A DNA stretch of 64,000 bases from Macrostomum lignano (GCA_002269645.1 NIVC01000859.1:310001-374000), one strand, 5' to 3'. Shown: positions 13,701-26,866, numbered from the stretch's first letter. Notes: generated by a model from the sequence alone, not told the origin. Numbers and translations: made by a program.

Positions 13701-16700
13701 GGTAGTGAGGTAGGTGTCTATGGCCTCCGCCAATCAGGCTGTCGGTAGTGAGGTAGGTGTGTATGGCCTCCTCCAATCAGACTGTCGGTAGTGAGGTTGG
13801 TGTCTATGGCCTCCGCCAATCCGACTGTCGGTAGTGAGGTTGGTGTCTATGGCCTCCGCCAATCAGACTGTCGATAGTGAGGTTGGTGTCTATGGCCTCA
13901 GCCAATCCGACTGTCGGTAGTGAGGTAGGTGTCTATGGCCTCAGCCAATCCGACTGTCGGTAGTGAGGTTGGTGTCAATGGCCTCAGCCAATCCGACTCT
14001 CAGATCGGTAGTGAGGTTGGTGTCAATGGCCTCAGCCAATCCGACTCTCAGATCGGGAGTGAGGTAGGTGTCTATGGCCTCAGCCAATCAGATTTTCGGT
14101 AGTGAGGTAGGTGTCTATGGCCTCAGCCAATCAGATTTTCGGTAGTGAGGTAGGTGTCTATGGCCTCAGCCAATCCGACTGTCAGATCGGGAGTGAGGTA
14201 GGTGTCTAAGGCCTCAGCCAATCAGACTGTCAGATCGGGAGTGAGGTAGGTGTCTATGGCCTCAGCCAATCAGACTGTCAGATCGGGAGTGAGGTAGGTG
14301 TCTAAGGCCTCAGCCAATCAGACTGTCAGATCGGGAGTGAGGTAGGTGTCTAAGGCCTCAGCCAATCAGACTCGTAAACATACGAGTATTAATTAAAGAA
14401 ATTGACTGCCTAAACAAATGAACTGCGTTAACTTTGATCTGCAGAGCAACAAATCTACATATTCTCCTTTAATCTCCATTTTTCGCTAATCCCATTACGT
14501 TCTCGGGTTCCGCACCGCAACGTTTGTAGGTTCCTTCCTCTTCAATCTCAGTGCCGTTACGCTTTACCTCTTTCCGTGTCCACTATTAATTTGCTTGGGA
14601 AGTAATGAGAGATGTATGAAGACTGAAGAGGGAAATTAGTTAGCTTCTTAATGAGCGCTTACGAAAGTACCTTCTTGTAGTGGGATTAGGCGTGCGTATA
14701 TGGCTTGAGTAGGCTGTAATAATGCCCTTTTACCTCACGCGTCTCTGTGCCTCGCCCATTGTGGCTCTCTTAGAAATAATAAATAAAGGCGCTACTTTAT
14801 GATCATACTAGAAATATGCAGATGTAGGTTGGATGCTAGATCAAATAAGATAAGATTGTACGAAATGCATTAAACACTGCGTTAAGGGTGAGATTTATCA
14901 ATATCAGAGTGTGACTTCTAAAAATCAGGGTGTCATTTGTAAAACCAGGGCAAGGTTTGTGAAATCAAGGTGAGATTTGTAAAACCAGGGTAAGATTTGT
15001 GAAATTAGGGTGAGATTTGTAAAATCTGGGTGAGATTTGTGAAATTAGGGTGAGATTTGTAGAACCAGGGTAAGATTTGTGAAATTAGGATGAGATTTGT
15101 AAAATTTGGGTGAGATTTGTAAAACCAGGGTAAGATTTGTAAAATTAGGATGAGATTTGTAAAATCTGGGTGAGATTTGTAGAATCAGGGTTATATTTGT
15201 AAAATAAGGGTGAGATTTGTGAAATTAGGGTGAGATTTGTAAAACCAGGGTAAGATTTGTGAAATTAGGGTGAGATTTGTAAAATCTGGGTAAGATTTGT
15301 GAAATTAGGGTGAGATTTGTAGAACCAGGGTAAGATTTGTGAAATTAGGATGAGATTTGTAAAATTTAGGTGAGATTTGTAAAATCTGGGTGAGATTTGT
15401 AAAACCAGGGTAAGATTTGTAAAATTAGGATGAGATTTGTAAAATCTGGGTGAGATTTGTAGAATCAGGGTTATATTTGTAAAATAAGGGTGAGATTTGT
15501 AAAACCAGGGTAAGATTTGTGAAATTAGGGTGAGATTTGTAAAATAAGAGTGAGATTTGTAAAACAAAGGTTAGATTTGTAGAATCGTAGTTGACATTGT
15601 AATGCGGTATTTTTATTTAAAAAAAAACAGAATCTGCGACTGCTAGGCGCCACAGCCATCGAGGACCGGCTTCAAGTAGGCGTACCGGCCACCATCAATG
15701 ACCTCCTGTTGGCCGGTATTCGAATCTGGGTGCTGACCGGTGATAAGCTGGAGACTGCAGTCAATATTGGCTACTCCTGCAGACTACTGCAGCCTGAGAT
15801 GGAGGTGCGAACACTTACTGGGTCCAGCCTCAGCCAGGTGAGATCGGCTGTGGCCGAGCTGTCACACTGGCTGTGCGGAATTGCCAGCGTCAAAGGCAAA
15901 GAGCCGGCGCTGGTTATCGAAGGCGAGAGTTTGTCCTGGGCCAGTCACCAGAGTGTGCGGAACGAGTTTATCGATGTGAGCTCCTGCTGTTGGGTTTCTG
16001 TTGAGCTGTTTAAACTGCTTAGATACACTACCGACACCATTCTGTCACAACCTACCCGATTCTATCTGTCACAACCTGCTCGATTCTGTCTGTCACAACC
16101 TGCCCGATTCTATCTATCACAACCTACCTGATTCTGTCTGTCACAACCTACTTGATTCTGTCTGTCACAACCTACCCAATTCTGTCACAACCTACCTGAT
16201 TCTGTCTGTCACAACCTACCTGATTCTGTCTGTCACAACCTACTTGATTCTGTCTGTCACAACTTGCGCGATTCTGTCTATCACAACCTACCTGATTCTG
16301 TCTGTCACAACTTACTTGATTCTGTCTGTCACAAGCTACTCGATTCTGTCTGTCACAACCTACCTGATTCTGTCTGTCACAAGCTACTTGATTCTGTCTG
16401 TCACAACCTAATTGATTCTGTCTATCACAACCTACCTGATTCTGTCTGTCACAACCTACTTGATTCTGTCTATTACAACCTACCTGATTCTGTCTGTCAC
16501 AACCTACCTGATTCTGTCTGTCACAACCTACTTGATTCTGTCTGTCACAACTTGCGCGATTCTGTCTATCACAACCTACCTGATTCTGTCTGTCACAACC
16601 TACTTGATTCTGTCTATTACAACCTACCTGATTCTGTCTGTCACAACCTACCTGATTCTGTCTGTCACAACCTACCTGATTCTGTCTGTCACAAGCTACT

Positions 16701-19056
16701 TGATTCTGTCTGTCACAAGCTACTTGATTCTGTCTGTCACAACCTAATTGATTCTGTCTATCACAACCTACCTGATTCTGTCTGTCACAACCTACTTGAT
16801 TCTGTCTATTACAACCTACCTGATTCTGTCTGTCACAACCTACTTGATTCTGTCTGTCACAACCTACTTGATTCTGTCTGTCACAACTTGCGCGATTCTG
16901 TCTGTCACAACCTACATTATTCTGTCTGTCACAACTTACTTGATTCTGTCTGTCACAACCTACCTGATTCTGTCTGTCACAACCTACTCGATTCTGTCAC
17001 AACTTGCGCGATTCTGTCTGTCACAACCTACTTGATTCTGTCTGTCACAACCTACCCAATTCTGTCACAACCTACTTGATTCTGTCTGTCACAATCTACC
17101 GGATTCTGTCTGTCACAACCTACCCGATTCTGTCAGTCACAACCTACCCGATTCTGTCAGTCACAACCTACCCGATTCTGTCAGTCACAACCTACCTGAT
17201 TCTGTCACAACCTACTTGATTCTGTCTGTCACAACCTACTTGATTCTGTCTGTCACAAGCTACTTGATTCTGTCTGTCACAACCTACTTGATTCTGTCTG
17301 TCACAACCTACCCAATTCTGTCACAACCTACCTGATTCTGTCTGCCACAACCTACTTGATTCTGTCTGTCACAACTTGCGCGATTCTTTCTGTCACAACC
17401 TACTTGATTCTGTCTGTCACAACCTACCCAATTCTGTCACAACCTACTTGATTCTGTCTGTCACAATCTACCGGATTCTGTCTGTCACAACCTACCCGAT
17501 TCTGTCAGTCACAACCTACCCGATTCTGTCAGTCACAACCTACCCGATTCTGTCAGTCACAACCTACCTGATTCTGTCACAACCTACTTGATTCTGTCTG
17601 TCACAACCTACTTGATTCTGTCTGTCACAAGCTACTTGATTCTGTCTGTCACAACCTACTTGATTCTGTCTGTCACAACCTACCCAATTCTGTCACAACC
17701 TACCTGATTCTGTCTGCCACAACCTACTTGATTCTGTCTGTCACAACCTACTTGATTCTGTCTGTCACAACCTACTTGATTCTGTCTGTCACAACCTACC
17801 CAATTCTGTCACAACCTACTTGATTCTGTCTATTACAACCTACCTGATTCTGTCTGTCACAACCTACTTGATTCTGTCTGTCACAACCTACTTGATTCTG
17901 TCTGTCACAACCTACTTGATTCTGTCTGTCACAACCTACCCAATTCTGTCACAACCTACCTGATTCTGTCTGCCACAACCTACTTGATTCTGTCTGTCAC
18001 AACCTACTTGATTCTGTCTGTCACAACCTACTTGATTCTGTCTGTCACAACCTACTTGATTCTGTCTGTCACAACCTACTTGATTCTGTCTGTCACAACC
18101 TACTTGATTCTGTCTGTCACAACCTACCCAATTCTGTCACAACCTACTCGATTCTGTCTATTACAACCTACCTGATTCTGTCTGTCACAACCTACTTGAT
18201 TCTGTCTGTCACAACCTACTTGATTCTGTCTGTCACAACCTGCTTGATTCTGTCTGTCATAACCTACCTGATTCTGTCTGTCACAACCTACTTGATTCTG
18301 TCTGTCACAACCTACCCAATTCTGTCTGTCACAACCTACCTGATTCTGTCTGTCACAACCTACCCAATTCTGTCACAACCTACCCGATTCTGTCACAACC
18401 TACCCGATTCTGTCACAACCTACCCGATTCTGTCACAACTCACTCGATTCTGTCACAACCTACCCACCTGGCCAGAACCTACCCAACACAATTTTTTTCA
18501 TATGCTTTCCATTCCACCAGCTAGCTTACTCCCACAAAACCCCTCGACCATTACTCCCATAAAAGGTGTGCCTGCAGTGCCGCACAGTCATCTGCTGTCG
18601 CGTCAGTCCAAAGCAGAAATCCGATGTAGTTCGCTACGTCCGCGAAGCGATGCCCTCAGCTGTGACCCTGGCCATCGGCGACGGTGCCAACGATGTTCCA
18701 ATGATTCAAGAGAGCCACGTTGGTGTCGGTCTGAAAGGCAAAGAGGGCCTGCAGGCCGCGGCCGCCTCTGATTATTCATTGTCGCAGTTCAGGTTTCTGA
18801 AGAAGCTGCTGCTTGTTCATGGGGCTTGGAATTATCATCGGGTGACTATTGTGATTCTGTTCTCATTTTATAAGAATATTACTATCTACGTGACCGCATT
18901 CTGGTTTGCTTTGGTGTCCGGCTTTTCTGGTCAAGTGAGTACTTGACTGTTGATTTTACAAGGGTTATTTATAATGTTCTGACACTAAACATTAGTTAGT
19001 TAGATAGTTGCTTAGTTACACAGTTAGTTACGAGTAGTCAGTCAATCAGTTAGTTA

Positions 19057-19118
<62 letters not shown>

Positions 19119-19192
19119 TCAGTTAGTTAGTTAGTCAGTTAGCTAGTTAGTTAGTCAGTTAGTTAGTTAGTTAGTTAGTTGGTTAGTTAGTC

Positions 19193-19252
<60 letters not shown>

Positions 19253-19348
19253 GGTTAGTTAGTTAGTTAGTCAGTTAGTTAGTTAGTCAGTTAGCTAGTT
19301 AGTTAGTCAGTTAGTTAGTTAGTTAGTTAGTTAGTTGGTTAATTAGTC

Positions 19349-19384
<36 letters not shown>

Positions 19385-20548
19385 CGTTAGTTAGTTAGTT
19401 AGTTAGTTAGTTGGTTAGTTAGTTAGTTAGTCAGTTAGCTAGTTAGTTAGTCAGTTAGTTAGTTAGTTGGTTAGTTAGTTAGTTAGTCAGTTAGTTGGTT
19501 AGTTAGTTAGTTAGTCAGTTATCTAGTTAGTTAGTCAGTTAGTTAGTTAGTTGGTTAGTTAGTTAGTTAGTCAGTCAGTCAGTTAGCTAGCTAGTTAGTT
19601 AGTCAGTTAGTTAGTTAGTTAGTTATTCAGTCAGTCAGTCAGTCAGTCAGTCAGTCAGTCAGTCAGTCAGTCAGTCAGTCAGTCAGTCAGTCAGTCAGTC
19701 AGTCAGTCAGTCAGTCAGTCAGTCAGTCAGTCAGTCAGTCAGTCAGTCAGTCAGTCAGTCAGTCAGTCAGTCAGTCAGTCAGTCAGTCAGTCAGTCAGTC
19801 AGTCAGTCAGTCAGTATTATTCTATAGTACACAAAGAAACTGTATAAGCCTCGCACCGCCCATCCACTCAGGTAATGTTTGAGAAGTGGACTCAAGCGCT
19901 ATACAATGTGTTCTTTACCGGGGCAACTCCGTTCGCCCTTGGCGTATGGGACCGATCCTGCTCAGTTGAGAACTGCATGCGCTATCCTCAGCTCTATAGA
20001 GAGTCGCAAGGCTCTGATCGGTACAATTTCAAAGTGTTCGCCCTGTGGATGCTCAATGGTGTGTATCATTCTGCTATCATATTTCTGTGCGTGCTGCTCG
20101 CCGTGTCAACTGGTGCAGTTTTCTCCGATGGCAAAACTGCCGGGCTGTACTATCTGGGCAGTTTGGTCTACGCTATCGCCGTGATCACTGTTGGACTCAA
20201 AGCCGGTCTGGAGCACACGGCCTGGACTGGCATGTCTCACCTGGCTATCTGGGGAGGCATTGGCAACTACCTGGTGTTTCTGGTGATTTCTTCAAATTTC
20301 TTTCCTCATGCTGGCGGCAATTTTTCCGAGGTGGTTGGCTATGACAGGGCCCTGTTCGGCTCCGGGATGTTCTGGTACCTGCTGATGCTGGTGCCCGCAC
20401 TGGCGCTCACCCGCGATGTCGCCTGGAAGGCCTACAAAAAGACGTGCAGGAAAACCCTGCGAGAAGAAGTCTTTGAGATGGAGAAGCTGAGGAAGGATCC
20501 GTCTACTGTGCTGTTTCAGGGCACCTACAGAAAGTAAGTGGCTGGCTG

Positions 20549-20583
<35 letters not shown>

Positions 20584-20590
20584 GTCTGCC

Positions 20591-20653
<63 letters not shown>

Positions 20654-20703
20654 GTCTGCCTGTCTGTCTGTCTGTCTGTCTGTCTGTCTGCCTGTCTGTC
20701 TCC

Positions 20704-20737
<34 letters not shown>

Positions 20738-21610
20738 GTCTGTCTGTCTGTCTGCCTATCTGTCTGTCTTTCTGCCTGTCTTTCTGTCTGCCTGTCTTTC
20801 TGTCTGTCTGTCTCTCTGTCTGTCTTTCAGGCTGTGTGTGTCTGTCTGTCAGTCTCTGTCTGTCTATGATTGTCGGGCTTTCTCTTGTCTCTTGATCATT
20901 CATAATCTACGCAGTCGATCTGCCATCCATCCGCGTTAATCAGATCTGGCAGCTCGTGGTTTTTACAATTACAACTAGTAGCAATGTATTTAGGCTGAAT
21001 TACAGATCAAATCCATTAGTTTGGGCTTTTTGGCCTCATTCATTCTGGCATTGCTGTTTACAGACGTTAGAAATTGTATTGCGTTTCTTTATTCCATAGA
21101 AAAGTACATAGTGTACTGATAAATTCTTATCTATAAATTCATATACACAGGATTCATATGCATTCATGTGTGTATATCTTGGCTTATAAAACTGCCACGG
21201 TTCGCGCGTAATCTGGTATATTAGAAGACACCTCGCGTTCGTCATGATTTACGCACTGCTACTTTCGCTCTGTCTCTCTATGGGCTCTCACTGGTCTCGT
21301 CTGCCTGTCTCTTGCTTGCTGCTCCAAACTTAGCACTACAAATAGACGAGTAGACAGATTTCTGATACTTCAAGATTAACGAGAGGAATCTGCGATAGGT
21401 TTGCTAAAATCTCTGTGCTACTCTTGGGGATTTAGAAATGATATTTGCGGTTGGCTGGAGTCAGATTGATGAGATTATGCGTGCTTGACTTCTTTCTATC
21501 GTGTAAAACATTAATTATTTGCTGCAGACTGATTTTGTTACTCTGAAATGCCAGCTTGAGGTGCTGTGTGTCTGTCTATCTGTCTGTGTCTGTCTGTCTG
21601 TCTGCCTGTG

Positions 21611-21671
<61 letters not shown>

Positions 21672-21700
21672 GTCTGTGTCTGTCTGTCTGTCTGCCTGTG

Positions 21701-21799
<99 letters not shown>

Positions 21800-21870
21800 G
21801 TCTGTCTGTCTGTCTGCCTGTGTCTGTCTGTCTGTCTGCCTGTGTGTCTGTCTGTCTGTCTGTCTGTCTC

Positions 21871-21969
<99 letters not shown>

Positions 21970-22080
21970 GTCTGTCTGTCTGTCTCCTTCTGTCTGTCTG
22001 TCTGTCTGTCTGTATGTCTGCCTGCCTGCCTGCCTGTCTGTCTGTCTGTCTGTCTCTCTGTCTGTCTGTCTGTCTGTCTC

Positions 22081-22147
<67 letters not shown>

Positions 22148-22190
22148 GCCTGCCTGCCTGCCTGCCTGTCTGTCTGTCTCTCTGTCTACC

Positions 22191-22227
<37 letters not shown>

Positions 22228-22280
22228 GCCTGTGTGTCTGTCTGTCTGTCTGCCTTTGTGTCTGTCTGTCTGTCTGTCTC

Positions 22281-22312
<32 letters not shown>

Positions 22313-22418
22313 CCTGTCTGTCTGTCTTTCTGCCTGTCTTTCTGTCTGTCTTTCTGTTTGTCTGTTTCTCTGTCTGTCTTTCTGTTTGTCTGTCTGTCTG
22401 TCTGTCTCTCTGTCTACC

Positions 22419-22483
<65 letters not shown>

Positions 22484-24839
22484 GTCTGTCTTTCTGCCTG
22501 CCTGCCTGTCTGTCTGTCTGTCTTAGTGTTTTTTGTCTGTCTGTATTTATTTCTGCTTGTTTGCCCTTCTGGACATCTGTCTGTCAGTCGGTCAGCACAC
22601 CCTGTCCACCCCCCTCCCAGAGTGACAGAGAAGGCCCGGCTGCTTCGCAACGCAGTTGGCGGTCGGTCCGCCGATGCCTCCGCTAACCTCGGCGATTCCG
22701 GGCCAGCTGTAGAGGCAAGTCGTGGAGTCAACTTGGACGAGGAGGCGGGGCCAGCGGCCTCAGCTGCGAGCGCCGCGTCATCGGCTGCTGAGGCCGGGGA
22801 CAGTCGGGCGGCTCAGGCTAACCGTGAGTCACTGATGTTAATCGTCTTGTCTTTTTATTTGCTTTCAGCTTGAATAGTTATTTAAATAAATGTTATTTAT
22901 GAGTAAGTTGCCATTACTTGCAAGTCAAGTCTTTGTAGCTACAAATATCAGCTTCCATCTCAGGTCTTTGTAGCTAGATATATCAGTTACCTCATCTCGG
23001 GTCTTTTTTAGCTAGATATATCAGTTACCTCATCTCGGGTCTTTGTAGCTAGATATATCGGTTACCTCATCTCGGGTCTTTGTTAGCTAGATATATCAGT
23101 TACCTCATCTCGGGTCTTTGTAGCTAGATATATCGGTTACCTCATCTCGGGTCTTTGTAGCTAGATATATCAGTTTTTAAATCTCGGGTCTTTGTTAGCT
23201 AGATATATCAGTTACCTCATCTCAGGTCTTTGTAGCTAGATATATCAGTTTTTTAATCTCGGGTCTTTGTTAGCTAGATATATCAGTTACCTCATCTCAG
23301 GTCTTTGTAGCTAGATATATCAGTTTTTAAATCTCGGGTCTTTGTTAGCTAGATATATCATTTACCTCATCTCGGGTCTTTGTAGCTAGATATATCAGTT
23401 ACCTCATCTCGGGTCTTTGTAGCTAGATATATCAGTTACCTCATCTCGGGTCTTTGTAGCTAGATATATCAGTTACCTCATCTCGGGTCTTTGTAGCTAG
23501 ATATATTAGCTTCCATCTCAGGTCTTTGTTAGTTAGATACATCATCAGCTTCCTTCTCGGGTCTTTGTTAGCTAGATATAACAGCTTCCATATCTCAGGT
23601 CTTTGTAGCTAGATATAACAGCTTCCATATCTCAGTTCTTTGTAGCTAGATATATCGGCTTCTATATCTATCTTTTAACATGTTATTGTCTTTTCATTAC
23701 GTGCGTTTATTTTTCAGTCCCAAATAGTTATATTTTAATATTTCTGTGTATAAACTTCAATTTAATATTTTTCTTTGTAGTTTCGATTTTACGCTCGTTA
23801 AAAAAGTTTTTTTTCATTGTGTTGCACCGATCTGTTTATAGCTAGTAACTAAGTTCTTATTTGTATAGCGACACAAATCTGTTTTGTCATGCTAGTTGTT
23901 TAATTTCATTTTTCAGAACGGCCGAGACTTGGTAAATGATTATTTGAATATCAATAATAAATTTTGAATTTTATCTGTAAAGTGTTTGTCCCAGCATTGG
24001 CAAAATCAAAATCAATTTTCTGTGTTTCAATTTTCTGAACATTAACTTTTGATTCCTCACCTGTCATCTCATTGATTTCTCACTAAACACTTGAAGACCA
24101 CAGCAATATAGGATCCTGACTTCCTCATTGTCAGGCCGAGCACTGATCAAGTAGAGTGACGGGAAAGCTGGTTTTTTTCGATAGGAGGCAGACCCTTGAT
24201 TTGATATTTATAAAGCTTTTAGTTTAGAAAATTAGGATTCTATGTTAATTATTTATTCTAGTCAGGTACATGTCCTGTACCTGACAATTGGATTGGAAAG
24301 TCAGTGGACCTGAATATGAATGAGTTCAACTGGGATAGTTGAAGTTCTCTTTACACCATTGCAACACATTTCACCTTTAAAATCTAATACTGGTTTGGAA
24401 ATTTCTGTCTTGATTTCAATTCAAACTGATTCACACCTCACCTTTTAATATTTATTTATTGATTTGTCTGTATTCAGCTTGCAATCTAATGCTACATATT
24501 GTTAATCATTTAGATGGCTGGCGTTGTGTACAATTAATTTATATTCATACAATATCTATATAGTTTGCTATAACATTATTATATGCCTAAATATGTATGG
24601 CTTCTATTACTAGGTATATATACTCGTAGTAGTCTAGAGAAAATCTTATATACTAAATTATATACGTATGTTTATGTTTATGTTTATTATATACCAATCG
24701 GCATCACATATGAGTCTTTATGAAGCAAAATTTCAACAAATTTACAGATTCCGGTTACGCCTTCTCATGCGACGATCATCCCACGGTGTCGAGTGCCCAC
24801 CTGCTCAAATGCTCTTGCCCGGAGAAGAAACTGCTCTAA
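1764..24839 (+). CDS. ATP8A1: P4-type ATPase phospholipid flippase, ATP8A1/ATP8A2-like (~1208 aa, 15 exons)
   Basis: Exons with GT-AG ends and consistent phase: 1764-1815, 8633-8877, 8976-9074, 9684-9905, 10479-10890, 11885-12012, 12181-12621, 12716-12835, 13175-13396, 15631-15975, 18566-18934, 19872-20533, 22621-22823, 23917-23931 (microexon), 24748-24839; total 3627 nt. Motifs: [11 protein letters not shown]|[23 protein letters not shown] (D at 12277), [64 protein letters not shown]. Exon 1 and the microexon are the least certain. ATP8A1 vs ATP8A2 orthology cannot be resolved. Confidence 0.92.
2065..2175. repeat. Short imperfect inverted repeat (MITE relic)
   Basis: TTCCTCTTTCGTTCGTTTAATT (2072-2093) pairs with AATTAAACAAACGAAAGAGGAA (2147-2168) with one mismatch; partial pairing extends outward. 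Confidence 0.55.
2417..3206. mobile_element. Non-autonomous TIR DNA transposon (~790 bp, TA target duplication; Tc1/mariner-like)
   Basis: Left end AGGCTCATTCCATATAAG (2417-2434) matches the reverse complement of right end CTTATATGGAATGAGCCC (3189-3206) at 17/18. TA on both sides (2415-16, 3207-08). No ORF inside. Confidence 0.75.
4031..4184. mobile_element. MITE-like foldback element (~155 bp)
   Basis: Arms of ~60 bp (4031-4092 and 4123-4184) are imperfect reverse complements (TCACCTGGCCATTTC / GAAATGGCCAGGTGA). The spacer holds the palindrome GTCACGTGAC. Confidence 0.65.
6177..6216 (-). ncRNA. Minimal type I hammerhead ribozyme (inverted pLTR copy)
   Basis: Reverse strand reads UGCC-CUGAAGA-U-GUCU(gcucu)GGAU-GAAA-UGCG-UC^GGCA. 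Same fold as 7441-7480. Confidence 0.75.
6592..7312 (+). pseudogene. PLE ORF C-terminal fragment (RT thumb + GIY-YIG endonuclease), frameshifted
   Basis: [27 protein letters not shown], then ILPFLG, then a +1 frameshift in the A-run at ~6886-6890 (TGC AAA A ATT AGA), then VVYQFQC...[17 protein letters not shown]...[17 protein letters not shown]. Confidence 0.88.
7441..7480 (+). ncRNA. Minimal type I hammerhead ribozyme (PLE pLTR)
   Basis: UGCC-CUGAAGA-U-GUC(cacucua)GAU-GAAA-UGCG-UC^GGCA. Stem I UGCC/GGCA; conserved CUGANGA and GAAA boxes; GUC cleavage triplet at 7473-7475; quasi-palindromic stem III AUGCGU. Confidence 0.75.
9174..9620. repeat. 28-bp minisatellite (~16 copies), flippase intron 3
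   Basis: Unit CAGGGATCTGGGTGGTAATCTAGGGTGT. Confidence 0.95.
9915..10310. repeat. Degenerate G/T-rich low-complexity repeat, intron 4
   Basis: Irregular TTTTGGGGA / GGAAGTTTT motifs. Confidence 0.75.
10937..11790. repeat. 21-bp minisatellite (~40 copies), intron 5
   Basis: Unit CTACCATTAGAATCCATAGAT; source of the spurious LPLESID ORFs. Confidence 0.95.
12864..13070. repeat. 36-bp minisatellite (~5 copies), intron 8
   Basis: Unit GACTGGTTCCAGCCAATAAGAGAGCGTCTAGGGATA. Confidence 0.9.
13445..14372. repeat. 43/48-bp minisatellite (~20 copies), intron 9
   Basis: Unit GGTAGTGAGGTTGGTGTCTATGGCCTCAGCCAATCCGACTGTC; the 3' units carry an extra AGATC. Confidence 0.93.
14885..15585. repeat. 20-bp minisatellite (~35 copies), intron 9
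   Basis: Unit GGGTGAGATTTGT(G/A)AAA(TTA/ACCA), period 20. Confidence 0.93.
16038..18475. repeat. 24-bp minisatellite with 20-bp variants (~100 copies), intron 10
   Basis: Unit TCACAACCTACTTGATTCTGTCTG; source of the spurious HNLLDSVC / ILSVTTYL ORFs. Confidence 0.95.
18992..19816. repeat. Compound microsatellite (TTAG)n grading into perfect (TCAG)n, intron 11
   Basis: TTAG with scattered TCAG/TTGG variants up to ~19627, then pure TCAG to 19816. Confidence 0.95.
20546..20866. repeat. (CTGT)n microsatellite, 5' end of intron 12
   Basis: Direct reading. Confidence 0.95.
21566..22590. repeat. (CTGT)n microsatellite, 3' end of intron 12
   Basis: Direct reading; includes CCTG and CTCT variants. 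Confidence 0.95.
22930..23670. repeat. ~37-bp minisatellite (~20 copies), intron 13
   Basis: Unit TCTCGGGTCTTTGTAGCTAGATATATCAGTTACCTCA. Confidence 0.93.
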
Positions 24840-25011
24840 AACGAGAACAGTCGTTAGTCTATCGATATTCTATAGGTTATTTATTGCATGTCAGTTAACA
24901 TAATTTATCGTAATTCCTGTCTGTGATGGTTAATTTTTTGTAAATGTTTGAAAATTACTTATAGTAAATTTTAGGATAGAATTTGTTTCAAATGTAGCTT
25001 GTGTGATTATC

Positions 25012-25495
25012 TAAGTAATGGCCATGGGAGGCTAAAGAGGGTGATTATCTAAGTGATAAGAGGGTAAAGAGGGTAATTATCCAAGTGATGGGAGGGTAAA
25101 GAGGGTGATTATCTAAGTGATGGGAGGGTAAGGAGGGTGATTATCCAAGGGATAGGAGGGAAAGAGGGTGATTATCTAAATTATGAGAGGGTAAAGAGGG
25201 TGATTATCTAAATTATGAGAGGGTAAAGAGGGTGATTATCTAAATTATGAGAGGGTAAGGAGGGTAGTTATCTAAATGATAGGTGGGTAAAGAGGGTGAT
25301 TATCTAAGTGATGGGAGGGTAAGGAGGGTGATTATCCAAGTGATAGGAGGGTAAAGAGGGTGGTTATTTAAATGATAGGAGGGTAACGAGGTGATTATCT
25401 AAATTATGGGGGGGTAAAGAGGGTAGTTATCTAAGTGACAGGAGGGTGAAGAGGGTGACTATCTGAGTGACGGGAGGGTAAAGAGAGTGATTTTC
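25012..25495. repeat. 32-bp minisatellite (~15 copies)
   Basis: Unit TGATGGGAGGGTAAAGAGGGTGATTATCTAAG. Confidence 0.9.
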
Positions 25496-25924
25496 TCAGT
25501 TTAATTGCAGTCTTTAAATACTTCTTAGTAACCAGAAATATTTTGCATCCTTTCTCCAGAATGCGAGGTTATGTTTTCACTTTTGGGTATTAGATTTTTT
25601 TGGTACAATATCCGTCGTTAATTCAATCTGCAATTGTGTTACAGGTAGTTCACTGTTTGCGTAGTTTCCATGCGTAAAAAAAACTTAAAAAGTTGGCATT
25701 GGAAAGTCAGGCATTGTTCATTCAGTGACTCATTTTAGGCATTAAATTCAATTCATTGAAAGTTAATACTATCATTTTGCTGTCATTCAGACTTTAACCG
25801 TTGTTTGTTAAAGATTGATCTAGTTTGCTGCATAGCCAGTCAATGGCAGGACCGTTTCGTTAGTAAAAGCTCTGCTATGGAGAATTTTTTTACGGATTTC
25901 CTAATGTAATATGAGTAATGTGTG

Positions 25925-25942
25925 TCTGCTGGCTTGTCTGTG

Positions 25943-26001
<59 letters not shown>

Positions 26002-26050
26002 TCTAGTGTCTGTCTGTTTGTCTGTCTGTCTGTTTGTCTGTCTTAGTGTC

Positions 26051-26082
<32 letters not shown>

Positions 26083-26172
26083 ACTGTCTGTCTGTCTGTC
26101 TGTCTGTCTCTCTGTCTATCTTCCTGTCTTTCTGTCTGTCTGTCTGTCTGACTGTATGTCTGACAGCCTGTC
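25925..26172. repeat. (CTGT)n microsatellite
   Basis: Direct reading. Confidence 0.9.
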
Positions 26173-26842
26173 TGAAGTATACAAATCGATATTCTCACTT
26201 TAAAATATATATGTCTACTACTTTACTTACAGTAGTGCTTCTCTACATTGACTGCTTTGCTACCTTTTTGTTTGTTTTTTCCACTTAAGTCTCTTCTAGG
26301 CTGCACAGGCACGTCAGAATATTGTTTTCTAATTTCTTCAAGAAGATGAAAATAACGGAAAGATCGCATCTATGCTACTAATGCAAGCAAACAAATTTTC
26401 ATTTGTAAGCAGCTTATTTCGCTTGCTTAACATTTCTGCCATTTTTATTCAATTTAGTTTTTTTCTAAGCTTGATAAATAAATATTTCTTATTCACATAA
26501 CTGCCTCGTCTGTGCACCCGCTTGACTGGCCTATTTAGATAGTGAATTTATTTCCTCTAACGAATTTGAAATTCAATGTTGGCATGCTTTTTTTAATATT
26601 TTGCTGTGTGCTTTTTTCAATTCAATTTTTTGTTTTTTTTTACTGTCTCACGTCACTAAATTGTTATCTGTCTTCTGCTTCTAAAAATCCTTGTCAAGAA
26701 ATATTGCTGCAAATTCTTCTAGAAGGAACCAAAAACGGAACTAAGAATTCAATAAATCAAAGAATTTCACTGCGTTTCATTATTTACTGCCTATAAAAAA
26801 TTTGAATGGCTGCCATTTTTATGTTTTTTTATTTGGTTCCCA

Positions 26843-26866
26843 GATAGATAGATAGATAGATAGATC

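Noticed and set aside
18992-19630. (TTAG)n as an interstitial telomere
   Set aside because: It is a tetramer, not TTAGG or TTAGGG.
24160-24245. Short similarity to ~40525-40620 (GATAGGAG...ATAAAGCTT...AGAAAATTAGGATT)
   Set aside because: Probably a dispersed repeat fragment, but too short to classify.
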